In this document: in pieces, positions 1 through 9,023 of the stretch
Layout: each line of letters opens with the position of its first letter
Numbering within the stretch: the stretch's first letter is position 1
Origin: Dehalococcoidia bacterium
GTDB lineage: Bacteria; Chloroflexota; Dehalococcoidia; Lucifugimonadales; Australimonadaceae
Length of the DNA stretch: 64,000 nucleotides
Reading direction: 5' to 3'
Assembly: GCA_963579845.1 (NCBI GenBank)
Contig: CAUZHS010000001.1
Location: 4,768-68,767, forward strand
The notes under the pieces: model-generated
What the model was told of the DNA's origin: nothing
Database searches by the model: none
The model's input: only the letters and a program-made list of their open reading frames with translations
Translations under genes and position numbers: made by a program

Positions 1-182
1 TGATACCCTCGCCCCATCTCTGCACGGATAATGGGGCAATGATCGGAGCTGCGGCTTACTTCCGTTCGCGGAACGGGAGCAGCCATGGCCTGGAGCTCGA
101 CCCGGTGCCTGGACTGGCCCTGGCCCCAGCGCCGATTCCCAACTGAGCGCGTCCCCGCAAACGCCGCGCTCAAGGAGTGAGC

Positions 183-818
183 ATGTACGTCGGACGAATT
201 GTAGCCATCGGAAAGACCAACGCCGGCTCAAATGCTGTGCTGTACCGAGTTTCCAGCCGATCGTTTCCCAATCGACAGGCGGTGGAAACTTCAACGGGAC
301 TGGCGATAATTCCCCGGAGCGGGCACGAAGGCGACCTGAGCAAGAACCCCTACATCGCCTATAACGCCCTGCGACTCGCGGGAGACTGGGCTGTGGCAAG
401 CAACGGGTCCCATACCGACCCCATCGCCGAAAAGGTGGCCGAGGGCATACCCGTACGCGACGCGCTGGTCCAATCACTGCTGGCCTTGGACTACGAGAAG
501 GACGACTACAATACCCCGCGCATTGCGGCGGCAGTACCCCTTCGCGGAGACAAAGGCTGGTTGGGCATCGTTCGCAAGAATGCTCTCGTGGTTAAGGAAG
601 TGGACCTTGTGGTGGGGCAGGCCCTTTACCTGGCCACCTACGAGGCAGACGATGTTCGCGAGACCCAACGTAGCGCCTTCGACGCCATTACTGCGGACGA
701 GGCAGCCCGGTTTCTCCTAGAGGGTGGCCACTTCGCTCAGCTTGAAAAGCCGGTAACCAGCGCGGCGGCCTTGGCGGACGACACGGGGTTCAACCTGGGA
801 ACTGCCAGCGTCGAATAG
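183..818 (+). CDS. purO: IMP cyclohydrolase, archaeal PurO type
   Basis: ORF 177..818. ATG at 183 follows AAGGAG (172-177). Blocks MYVGRIVAIGK, YRVSSRSFPNR, NPYIAYN, SNGSHTD and LDYEKD..NTPRIAA match my recollection of archaeal PurO. Confidence 0.8.
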   Translation: MYVGRIVAIGKTNAGSNAVLYRVSSRSFPNRQAVETSTGLAIIPRSGHEGDLSKNPYIAYNALRLAGDWAVASNGSHTDPIAEKVAEGIPVRDALVQSLLALDYEKDDYNTPRIAAAVPLRGDKGWLGIVRKNALVVKEVDLVVGQALYLATYEADDVRETQRSAFDAITADEAARFLLEGGHFAQLEKPVTSAAALADDTGFNLGTASVE

Positions 819-832
819 ACGGTATTTTAGGC

Positions 833-1831
833 TTACAACAGCCGCATCAGATGCGGGTTTGGCGGAGGTGGCTCCGACTCCTGCTGGACAGGCAGATCGT
901 TGATATTCCTAATATTGGGCCGGAACGGGACCGAAGCCGCAGCTGCGATATAACCAGAGTCGTGGAACACGTCCACGGGCGCTTTGGCATCGACCAGGTC
1001 TTTGATCCGCTGAGGCGTCATGGGGCCGCTCAAGATGATCTCCACCCTGTTGGCCCCTATGGCGTCGAGTTGCTCGCGGACCTGCTTGATGGCCTCCAAG
1101 GGAATGGGCGTTGCACCGGGGGTTCGCGCCAACCGGACGGCGTCGAGCCGGTCCTTCATGAGATGAGCGATAGCCACCGTTTGCGCCACCACGTCACCGC
1201 GCGGATCAACGTAGGCCACCCGGGGAATGTCTGGGGCCACCGAGCGGTCGAAGGCTGCGGCAGCTTTTCCGGGGTCACCCATCAGCTGGAGCAGCGCTCC
1301 TGAAACGGTGGCAATGGGTACGGTATTGGAAAGCTTGTTTCCCAGGACCGTCGAGACGCTCTCACACCCTCCGACCACCGCAGAGTAATCCATGATGGGT
1401 GCCACGGAGGGGTGTACGTTGTGCGCCCCCACAGAGACCATGGGTATGCCATTGGCCGCGCGTACCAAGTCGTTTGCCGCGGTAGCCCAGCCCGTGGAGT
1501 CGGCCAGAATTCCGCAGATGGCGGTCTCGTAGAGACCGAAGGAAGAGTAGGGAGCTCGAACGGACAGGCACACCTCACCATCAGCAACCTCCCTTCCTTC
1601 TTCAACCGCCCAGACCTCCCGGTTGCCCACTGAGGTAACGCGCTCCAAGACCGCCCGGACCTCTTCGGTGCCGCACAGTATGGCAGCCTGGGTACTGGAG
1701 AACTCCATGGTCACCGTGGGGTTGATGCCCTCGTTGCGGAGGATGCGCTGGGTGCGGTGCAGATAGACATCTGCAGTATCCCCGATGATGAGGGAAGGGC
1801 GGACTTCAAAGTGAGGGTTCTGAGGACGCAT
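833..1831 (-). CDS. type-II phosphoribosyltransferase-like protein (nicotinate/quinolinate PRTase family, divergent and short)
   Basis: 332-aa ORF. The N-terminal DVYLHRTQRIL block and the overall layout resemble archaeal-type NAPRTase/QPRTase. Assignment is by loose family resemblance only. Confidence 0.45.
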   Translation of the reverse strand: MRPQNPHFEVRPSLIIGDTADVYLHRTQRILRNEGINPTVTMEFSSTQAAILCGTEEVRAVLERVTSVGNREVWAVEEGREVADGEVCLSVRAPYSSFGLYETAICGILADSTGWATAANDLVRAANGIPMVSVGAHNVHPSVAPIMDYSAVVGGCESVSTVLGNKLSNTVPIATVSGALLQLMGDPGKAAAAFDRSVAPDIPRVAYVDPRGDVVAQTVAIAHLMKDRLDAVRLARTPGATPIPLEAIKQVREQLDAIGANRVEIILSGPMTPQRIKDLVDAKAPVDVFHDSGYIAAAASVPFRPNIRNINDLPVQQESEPPPPNPHLMRLL

Positions 1832-1913
1832 GTGACCGTCTTTACTGGAGATTAGGACGTATAAACTGTACGTAGCGAAAATATGCTACTTCTGGGGATG
1901 TGTGGATGCAATG

Positions 1914-2648
1914 TCATTGGGATGGAGGTTTAACGGATGGTATGCCACCAAACCGGAGCCGGGCGAGTCCCCGAAGGTCCTCCATGGCCGTGCCGACTAC
2001 CTTGACTCGGGAGTCGGGGTCTTCACTCCACCGCACCGGAATATCCTTGATTTTAAAGCCTCGTTTTTCGGCAATGATGAGCAGCTCCGTATCGAAAAAC
2101 CAGTGGTTGTTGACCACGGCGGGAAGCAGGACTTGTGCCGCGGACCTGCTCATCGCCTTGAAACCACACTGCGCATCGCTGAATTTCGTCCAGAAACCCA
2201 ACTTGATAATCAAATTATACGCACGGGAAATGGTATCCCGTTTGAATGAGCGCTCGATCTGGGCCCCGCGCATGAGACGACTGCCGTTTCCAATGTGGTA
2301 GCCCTCTTCGGCGATGGCCTTCACCATCAGGGGAAATGCTTCCAGTCCCGTGGAGAGGTCAACATCCATATAGCTGACAATATCGCAGTTGCTCTCGGTC
2401 CAAGCGCGGCGGAGCGCCCGCCCTCTCCCCCGTCTGTCCAGATGGATCACGCCGACCTGGCTGGGGTGCTCGGTTGCCAAGTGTTGAGCAATGGCCAGAG
2501 TATCGTCGGTGGAGCCATTGTCGGCCACAGTGATGCGCCACGAGTGCGGGGAGAGGTGCTCGGCCAGAAACTCCCGAAGCGTGGCGATGCACGCAGGCAA
2601 CGCGCGCTCCTCATTGAGTACGGGTATCACGATCTCTACCGACGTCAT
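1914..2648 (-). CDS. family-2 glycosyltransferase (polyprenyl-phosphate hexosyltransferase-like, no TM segment seen)
   Basis: VEIVIPVLNEE, ADNGSTDDT, YMDVDLST (DxD) and QCGFKA are typical GT2/DPM-like blocks. Confidence 0.8.
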   Translation of the reverse strand: MTSVEIVIPVLNEERALPACIATLREFLAEHLSPHSWRITVADNGSTDDTLAIAQHLATEHPSQVGVIHLDRRGRGRALRRAWTESNCDIVSYMDVDLSTGLEAFPLMVKAIAEEGYHIGNGSRLMRGAQIERSFKRDTISRAYNLIIKLGFWTKFSDAQCGFKAMSRSAAQVLLPAVVNNHWFFDTELLIIAEKRGFKIKDIPVRWSEDPDSRVKVVGTAMEDLRGLARLRFGGIPSVKPPSQ

Positions 2649-3736
2649 GCTCCGGCTCCTTCCCTGCTCTCTCGCAGGGCCTGGGCGATGGCGAAGGGGT
2701 CCGACGATACGACGCTCTCAGCGAAAAGCTCCATGCCCCCCACGTCGCTGGTACGGCTCTCCAGGCTTCCCCTGTCCACCAATCGGAAGATGACGGGAAA
2801 ACCGTCCCACGATTCTTGGGCCGGGGCAAGCGGTGGCATAAGGACACCCATGTTAAAGGATCGGACACCCAGCATGTCACGGAAGACTCGTAGAACGTGG
2901 AAAACACCATCCACGGCCTCCGAGAAACCTTGGGCGAACACGAGCACCTCCTTGTCCCGAGCCGGCGTGAGGTGGGCGAGAAGATGCGAGCCGCCGACTT
3001 TATGGCTCAGCCCAAGGGAATGGTGTGTTGCCAGCAGGTCGTCAAAGTAGTTAACGTCGTGCTCACGCCGATAATTCTCCGCATCGTGGCGAAGACGCTC
3101 GATCTTCACGTAGTGCATATCCCGAGCCATGGCCACTTGGAGATGACCGTGAACCAAGGAGCCTCCGGCTCGCCACAGACAGTTCCAGAGCACGTATGGG
3201 TACATGGCGCTGGAGTCCGAGTGATACGCCCGCTCCATCCACTGGCGCGCCAAGTCCAGGTGGCCTGCCAAAGACTCCCTGGTGAAGGCCAAAGGGGCCG
3301 GTTCAGCAAAGACGACGAGGCTGTGTAACCGGTCATACTTCGCGACGTTGGCGGCGGTAACCCCGTGCTCATTTGCGATACGTCCGAAGGTGTCCTCCGG
3401 CGTGCCCTGCCAAGGGTCGGCCAGCACATCTTCGGACATAGCGGCTACTACCGACGCAGCCTCCTCCGTTTGGATCGGCCGTTGGCTTCGGAGGCTGTTG
3501 AAGAGGGCACCTTCGCCTGTGACCCGGTTGACTACCCTTACCACCTCTTGGGATTCCACCGCTGCGACGCTCCCGAATTGCTGCGCGACCCACGGTTTCA
3601 TGGCTTCGGGAAGCCGTAGCGGAGCTGCGCCAGCGGCGGAGAAAAAGATGCGGTTGAAACGGTCTTGGTCTGGCGCAGGCAACGACCGGATGGCCCGGTC
3701 TAGGCGAGCGATGCTAATCGGCTGCGGACGAGGCAT
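2645..3736 (-). CDS. GalT/HIT-superfamily nucleotidyltransferase-like protein
   Basis: GGSLVHGHLQV resembles the H-x-H-x-Q motif of galactose-1-P uridylyltransferase-type enzymes. RVTGEGALFNSLRSQRP resembles the GalT N-terminal block. ATG at 3736 was chosen; the ORF is open to 3841, and 3601 is an alternative start. The stop overlaps the GT2 start (ATGA, 2645-2648). Confidence 0.55.
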   Translation of the reverse strand: MPRPQPISIARLDRAIRSLPAPDQDRFNRIFFSAAGAAPLRLPEAMKPWVAQQFGSVAAVESQEVVRVVNRVTGEGALFNSLRSQRPIQTEEAASVVAAMSEDVLADPWQGTPEDTFGRIANEHGVTAANVAKYDRLHSLVVFAEPAPLAFTRESLAGHLDLARQWMERAYHSDSSAMYPYVLWNCLWRAGGSLVHGHLQVAMARDMHYVKIERLRHDAENYRREHDVNYFDDLLATHHSLGLSHKVGGSHLLAHLTPARDKEVLVFAQGFSEAVDGVFHVLRVFRDMLGVRSFNMGVLMPPLAPAQESWDGFPVIFRLVDRGSLESRTSDVGGMELFAESVVSSDPFAIAQALRESREGAGA

Positions 3737-5204
3737 CTTTGATTTGGGGGCTGCGCTCCAATGCCAGCTTGTCCATCTCCAACTGCACGGGGATCGGATA
3801 GGCCCCGGTGAAGCAGGCATCACAAAATCCCCGCCGTTCACTCACTTCCTCGTTCACGACCTGATGAAGGCCCTCAATGCTCAAGTAGCCCAGGGTGTCG
3901 GCGCCAACGAATTTCCGGATCTCCTCTATCGACCGATCGGCAGCCAGAAGCTCGCTCTTGTGGGCCATGTCGACGCCAAAGTAGCAGGGACTGATGATGG
4001 GGGGAGCGCAGATGCGCATATGCACTTCGACTGCCCCCGCTTTGCGCAGAAGCGAGACGACATGCGGAGTAGTGGTGCCGCGAACGATGCTATCGTCGAT
4101 TACCACGACCCTCTTTCCCGCGAGCACCTCCGGCAATGGGTTGAATTTGTTACGAACCCCCACTTCCCGGTACCGTTGGTCTGGCTGAATAAAGGTGCGG
4201 CCCACGTAACGGTTCTTAACCAGGCCGTAGGAATAGGGCAACCCTGATTCTTCGGCATAACCCACGGCGGCGGCGTTGGCGGAGTCGGGGACCGCAATGG
4301 CTAGGTCTGCCTCTACCGGATGTTCCTTGGCCAACTGAGCGCCCATGCGCTTACGTGAGACGAAAGCCAACTGGCCTTCGAGGATGGAATCAGGCCGGGC
4401 GAAGTAGATGTGCTCAAAGATGCAGTGAGCGGATTTTGCCGTCTCCACCGGCGAGGGGATACTGGTGACCCCTTCCCGGGTGATAACGATGGTCTCTCCC
4501 GGGTCGATTTCGCGAACGAACTGGGCGCCCACGTGGTCCAGCGCACAGCTTTCGGAAGCGAGTATCCACCCCCCCCCGTCGTATTTTCCCAAACACAGGG
4601 GCCTCACACCCAAGGGGTCGCGAATCCCCAGAAGGGTGTCCTTAGTGGCAACGGTAAGTGTGTAGGCGCCTTCCAATAAGCGCATCAGGTAGGCCGTCTT
4701 CTCCGCCCAGGACTCACCCGGCGCCCAGGCCAGGAGGTGGGCAATCACCTCGGTGTCGGTGCTGGTCGCGGTGGTAATCCCCTCTTCCTTAAGCCGGTCC
4801 CGCAACTCCAGGGCGTTGGTCAAATTTCCATTGTGGGCCAACGCCAGCTCCACGTTGGGACCTTTGGCGACGATGGGTTGAGCGTTGAGGAGGTTGTTGG
4901 AACCCGTGGTGGAATAACGGTTGTGCCCAATAGCAATATGGCCAGGCAAACGGTCCAAGTCTTCCTGCCGGAAGGCCTGGGATACCAGTCCCATGTTGGT
5001 GAAGTTGCGCAGCGTCCTGTCGTCACCGGCGGCAATGCCAGCGCTTTCTTGACCGCGGTGCTGGAGCGCGAAGAGGCCAAAAAAAGCGATCCGGGACGCC
5101 TGGTCGCCGGGTGCGAATACCCCAATCACGCCACAATGGTCATGCGGTACATCATCCATCTGGATAAGGGGATGGCTCTGTGAAGTCACTGGGGCCTCCT
5201 CCAA
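3714..5204 (-). CDS. purF: amidophosphoribosyltransferase
   Basis: Short propeptide followed by CGVIGVF (Ntn Cys), plus the PRPP loop VVVIDDSIVRGTT. TTG start at 5204 sits behind GGAG; ATG at 5159 is an alternative. Confidence 0.9.
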   Translation of the reverse strand: MEEAPVTSQSHPLIQMDDVPHDHCGVIGVFAPGDQASRIAFFGLFALQHRGQESAGIAAGDDRTLRNFTNMGLVSQAFRQEDLDRLPGHIAIGHNRYSTTGSNNLLNAQPIVAKGPNVELALAHNGNLTNALELRDRLKEEGITTATSTDTEVIAHLLAWAPGESWAEKTAYLMRLLEGAYTLTVATKDTLLGIRDPLGVRPLCLGKYDGGGWILASESCALDHVGAQFVREIDPGETIVITREGVTSIPSPVETAKSAHCIFEHIYFARPDSILEGQLAFVSRKRMGAQLAKEHPVEADLAIAVPDSANAAAVGYAEESGLPYSYGLVKNRYVGRTFIQPDQRYREVGVRNKFNPLPEVLAGKRVVVIDDSIVRGTTTPHVVSLLRKAGAVEVHMRICAPPIISPCYFGVDMAHKSELLAADRSIEEIRKFVGADTLGYLSIEGLHQVVNEEVSERRGFCDACFTGAYPIPVQLEMDKLALERSPQIKDASSAAD

Positions 5205-5303
5205 ACCGTACTCCGCAATTATAAATTATAACCCTATTCTAACCGCTTGGGGTAAAAGCATACTTGGGGCAGGCTCCCAATGCACGAGCGGATACTTGCG
5301 CTT

Positions 5304-6074
5304 TCACCGAGACTTGCAGAGGAGAACGAAAAATTCCTGGTTCCCGGCATCGCCGGTCAGGGCCGAAGGCCGCACTCCCAGGAGACGTAGGCCCCGCTCG
5401 ATAGCCCAGCGGCAAAAGCCACCCACAACTTCCGCATGTAATGCAGGGTCCCGGATGACACCTCCCTTTCCAACACGTCCTTTACCGACCTCAAACTGCG
5501 GCTTCACGAGCACCAAGACCAGCCCCTCGAGCTTCAGGTGTTCCAGGGCAGAAGGCATGACGAGACGCAGGGATATAAAGGAGACATCGGCCACAACCAG
5601 GTCCACCGGCTCCGGCAGGGAGAGGGGCATCCTCGCATTGGTGCGCTCATACACCGCCACCCGCGGATCTTGACGCAGACGCGTGGCCATCTGGCCGTAG
5701 CCCACGTCCACGGCATACACCTGCTCCGTCCCGTGCTGAAGGAGGCAGTCGGTAAAGCCGCCGGTGGAGGCGCCCACGTCCAACGCCGTGAGTCCGTGAA
5801 CGTCCAGGGCAAAGCTGCGCAGGGCGTGCTCCAATTTATCGCCACCGCGGCCAACGTACCGGGGCGTCTCGGTCAACCGGAGGAAGGTGTCGCCAGGAAG
5901 CCGGATGCCGGGCTTTTCGATCCGCCGCTGACCAGCATAGACACGACCAGCGAGCACAAGTGCGCGCGCCTGGTGCTGGGTCGCTGCAAGCCCACAGACA
6001 ACCAGAAGCCTGTCGGCACGTACAGCCTCAGTTTTTTTCACTTTGGTGCGTGGTTTGAGGGGGGTCATTTCCAT
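5304..6074 (-). CDS. tlyA: TlyA-family rRNA 2'-O-methyltransferase
   Basis: S4-like RADRLLV..QARALVLAGRV followed by the FtsJ-type SAM motif LDVGASTGGFTDCLLQHG. Confidence 0.8.
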   Translation of the reverse strand: MEMTPLKPRTKVKKTEAVRADRLLVVCGLAATQHQARALVLAGRVYAGQRRIEKPGIRLPGDTFLRLTETPRYVGRGGDKLEHALRSFALDVHGLTALDVGASTGGFTDCLLQHGTEQVYAVDVGYGQMATRLRQDPRVAVYERTNARMPLSLPEPVDLVVADVSFISLRLVMPSALEHLKLEGLVLVLVKPQFEVGKGRVGKGGVIRDPALHAEVVGGFCRWAIERGLRLLGVRPSALTGDAGNQEFFVLLCKSR

Positions 6075-6107
6075 AGTCGCGGCGGCTTCAATGTCTGGTG
6101 GAGAGGT

Positions 6108-6136
6108 TTGACACTCCCAATCCCGACCATTATACT
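6108..6136 (+). promoter_or_regulatory. sigma70-like promoter for rpmH operon
   Basis: TTGACA (6108-6113), 17-nt spacer, TATACT (6131-6136), about 40 nt upstream of the rpmH GTG. Confidence 0.55.
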
Positions 6137-6176
6137 TTCGACTAGCGTAAACCCCAATTCACTCTAAGTAGATTCA

Positions 6177-6314
6177 GTGCCTAAGCGAACGTGGCAACCC
6201 AAAAAAAGGCGTCGACTACGCCGACACGGCTTTATGGCCAGGATGAGGACATCCGACGGCAGGGCCTTGCTCAGCAGGCGGCGCTTGAAGGGCAGACACC
6301 AGCTGACCGTGTGA
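6177..6314 (+). CDS. rpmH: 50S ribosomal protein L34
   Basis: Absent from the ORF track because it is shorter than 60 aa. My translation from GTG 6177 is [45 protein letters not shown], the L34 signature. TGA at 6312-6314. Confidence 0.9.
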   Translation: MPKRTWQPKKRRRLRRHGFMARMRTSDGRALLSRRRLKGRHQLTV

Positions 6315-6697
6315 GCCCCTCTCCGTCCGGTGGCCGGAATGCCCTGTATTCCTTGCGTTCCGAGCAACACCTCCGACGCCAACGCGATTTTGATGCAGTC
6401 AGGAAGCGCGGTGTCGCAAGAGCCCACGCACTGGTTGTCCTTCGGATGGCCCCCAACCACCTTCCTTACTCGCGTTTCGCCTTTGTGGTGGGGAAGCGGG
6501 TATCACGGAAGGCGGTGGTACGCAATAAAATTCGCCGCAGAATCCGCGAAGTTGTCCGGCAGGACCCGATCCAACCGGGATGGGACTTGGTCTTCATCGC
6601 GCGGGCCCAATCTGCAGAGGCCGATTTTCAGGCGCTTAGAGACGCGGTATGGAACGTGGAGCGGCGGGCAAGGATACGTAGAAGCGAGGGGGGATAA
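6311..6697 (+). CDS. rnpA: ribonuclease P protein component
   Basis: [10 protein letters not shown]..., [23 protein letters not shown] (RNR motif). GTG at 6311 overlaps the rpmH stop. The longer ORF from 6191 overlaps rpmH and is unlikely. Confidence 0.85.
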   Translation: MSPSPSGGRNALYSLRSEQHLRRQRDFDAVRKRGVARAHALVVLRMAPNHLPYSRFAFVVGKRVSRKAVVRNKIRRRIREVVRQDPIQPGWDLVFIARAQSAEADFQALRDAVWNVERRARIRRSEGG

Positions 6698-6907
6698 ATG
6701 CGGTGTGCAGCAATTGCATTGGTTACTTTCTATCAACGAACACTCTCGCCGTACACTCCCGGCACGTGTCGGCATGAGCCCACCTGCTCTGTGTACACCA
6801 AGGAGGCTATCGAGCGCTACGGCGCATTACGCGGCTCTTGGTTGGGTATCAAACGCTTGAGCCGGTGTCGGCCGCTGGGCACAGCCGGATACGACCCGGT
6901 GCCCTAA
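6698..6907 (+). CDS. yidD: membrane protein insertion efficiency factor YidD
   Basis: FYQRTLSP....CRHEPTCSVYTKEAIERYG is the YidD signature. The ATG directly abuts the rnpA TAA. Confidence 0.9.
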   Translation: MRCAAIALVTFYQRTLSPYTPGTCRHEPTCSVYTKEAIERYGALRGSWLGIKRLSRCRPLGTAGYDPVP

Positions 6908-6910
6908 GCT

Positions 6911-8125
6911 GTGTACGCTAATTACCATCCCGTGAACGATACTTTAACTCCAACCCACCAAGCCGGCGAGGCTGTAGGAGCGCAGCATGGAGGCAGCCGT
7001 AATTGGGCTGGCTATCTCGCCGTTGCCGCCCTCGGACTGCTCGTGCTTGCCGGATGTGTCGGCAATGACCTGAACCCAAACGCAGGCTGGTCGGGAGTGG
7101 TCGACGGCGGCCACGTAGTATACGTGGGCTCCATGGAGGGCCAGCTGTTAGCGCTGGATGCCGAGACGGGCCTCTTCCGCGCTGCATTCCCCAGCGTGCT
7201 CGATGAAGATGAAGAGGTATTCGGCGCCATCTATGCAACTCCAGTCCTCCGTAACGGCCTTATCTATTTGGGCGGATTCAACGGCAAGGTCTACAACATC
7301 GGCGCCGATGGGTTGCTTCCGCGGACCCCCTCCTTCGAGGTAAACGGCGACGAGCTCAGCAAGGGCATCGTTGGCACCGTCGCGGTATCGGGAGACAAAA
7401 TCGTTGTGGGCGCATCAGAGAGCGCCGAAACCGGGCGAATCTACGTGTTGAACGCAGAGAGCTTCAATGAGTCCTGCCGGTACCCGGCCTCATTAGATGA
7501 TTCCATTGGAAGGGTCTGGTCTGGCCCGGTGGTCGACGACTCGATGGCCTTCGTCGGGGACCTCTCCCACCGCCTCTATGCCATCTCTCTCGACGATTGC
7601 TCACTGCAATGGACGGCGGACCTCAATGGGGGTATTGCATCGACTCCCCTGGTGGTGGACGGCGACCTCTATGTGGGCACCTTCGACCGGAGATTTTACC
7701 GCGTAGACATCGACGATGGCACAGCGGAGGTCGTTTTCCAGGCGGGCGGATGGTTCTGGAGCGGTATTGCCACCGACGGCCGCATGCTCTTCGTGCCGAA
7801 CATGGATGGCAAGCTGTATGCGGTGGATATCGCCTCAGGCACGGTTGCGTGGGAGTTCGACACCGAAGGCGCCGCCCTATCGGCGCCGGTGATTGTGGAC
7901 GACCGGGTGGTTGTGGCCTCTGATTCGAAGGTGGTCTACGTGCTTCAAGCGAACTCCGGTGCGCGGTTGTGGGAGTTCCTAGTGAACGCCGATGTACGGG
8001 CCCCTCTCATGGCGAAGGGCAGTGTTGTATACGTAAGCTCGCTGGACCACAAGATTTATGCGGTGGATATCGACGCTCGGCGCACGTTCTGGCGGGAGCC
8101 TTTCGATACCAAGGCGAACAGGTAG
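6911..8125 (+). CDS. PQQ-like (BamB-like) beta-propeller repeat lipoprotein
   Basis: Lipobox LLVLAGC after a hydrophobic segment. Repeated blade motifs are LLALDAETG, LYAISLDDCS, FYRVDIDDGT, LYAVDIASGT, VYVLQANSG and IYAVDIDAR. Confidence 0.75.
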   Translation: MYANYHPVNDTLTPTHQAGEAVGAQHGGSRNWAGYLAVAALGLLVLAGCVGNDLNPNAGWSGVVDGGHVVYVGSMEGQLLALDAETGLFRAAFPSVLDEDEEVFGAIYATPVLRNGLIYLGGFNGKVYNIGADGLLPRTPSFEVNGDELSKGIVGTVAVSGDKIVVGASESAETGRIYVLNAESFNESCRYPASLDDSIGRVWSGPVVDDSMAFVGDLSHRLYAISLDDCSLQWTADLNGGIASTPLVVDGDLYVGTFDRRFYRVDIDDGTAEVVFQAGGWFWSGIATDGRMLFVPNMDGKLYAVDIASGTVAWEFDTEGAALSAPVIVDDRVVVASDSKVVYVLQANSGARLWEFLVNADVRAPLMAKGSVVYVSSLDHKIYAVDIDARRTFWREPFDTKANR

Positions 8126-8141
8126 GTCGCGGAAGTAAATT

Positions 8142-9023
8142 ATGGAATTTATTGCCCTTCTGTGGAATGAAGCTATCGTCCGTCCGCTCATCAACAGCCT
8201 GTTGCTGTTGTATGTCCTCCTGTTCAGCAACTTCGGCCTAGCCATTATCGCGCTGACCTTTGTTATCAAGGGTCTCACCTACCCGCTCACATTAAAGTCG
8301 CTCAGGCAGACCCAAAAGATGCAGGGCATGCAGATCCAAGTTAAAGCTGTCCAAGACCGTTTCAAGAATGACCCCAAGCGACGATCCCAAGAGGTGATGA
8401 AACTCTACAAAGAGACCGGTGTGAACCCTCTGGGCTGCTTGGGACCCTTCGCCTTGCAAATCCCCATCATGATTGGCCTGTTCTGGACCATCCGGAAGAC
8501 CATAGGCTCTAATCCGGAGGGACTGGCCGGTCTGGCGGGGAACCTCTATTCCTGGCTGCCTATGCTAGATACAGTGGTCCCGGTGAATAGAGCTTTCCTC
8601 TGGTTGGACCTGGGGGAGCGAGACCCCACTATGGTGCTCCCGATCCTCTCTGGCGTCACTATGTGGATTCAGCAAAAGATGACCATGCGGCCCACGGCTG
8701 ACCCAGCGCAGCAGAGCACGCAGCGCATGATGCAGTGGATGATGCCCATCTTCTTCGTGTTCATAAGCATCACCTTTTTCAGCGGGCTTGTGCTGTACTG
8801 GGTGGCGACCAATGTCATTGGCATCATCATTCAGTATTTTGTAATGGGCTGGGGGGGTCTGCTGCCTGTACAGGCGGTTGCCTCACCTGAGAAGGAGAGT
8901 AAGGAATATGGCGAACTTGAACGAGAGCCTGGAGATGACGGGGAAGACGGTGGAGGAGGCGATAGAGATCGCACTTCTCGAACTCGACGTCGAACGCGCC
9001 GGGGTCGAGGTAGACGTCATTAG
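8142..9023 (+). CDS. yidC: membrane protein insertase YidC (short, monoderm type)
   Basis: PLxxKS..Q.KMQ..QP....Q..YK...NP..GCLP-like blocks (YPLTLKSLRQTQKMQGMQIQ, LYKETGVNPLGCLGP), a multi-TM region and a basic C-tail RTRRRTRRGRGRRH. Confidence 0.85.
   Translation: MEFIALLWNEAIVRPLINSLLLLYVLLFSNFGLAIIALTFVIKGLTYPLTLKSLRQTQKMQGMQIQVKAVQDRFKNDPKRRSQEVMKLYKETGVNPLGCLGPFALQIPIMIGLFWTIRKTIGSNPEGLAGLAGNLYSWLPMLDTVVPVNRAFLWLDLGERDPTMVLPILSGVTMWIQQKMTMRPTADPAQQSTQRMMQWMMPIFFVFISITFFSGLVLYWVATNVIGIIIQYFVMGWGGLLPVQAVASPEKESKEYGELEREPGDDGEDGGGGDRDRTSRTRRRTRRGRGRRH

Noticed and set aside
3282-4247. A 321-aa plus-strand ORF.
   Set aside because: It is antisense to the GalT-like gene and purF. It is a shadow ORF.
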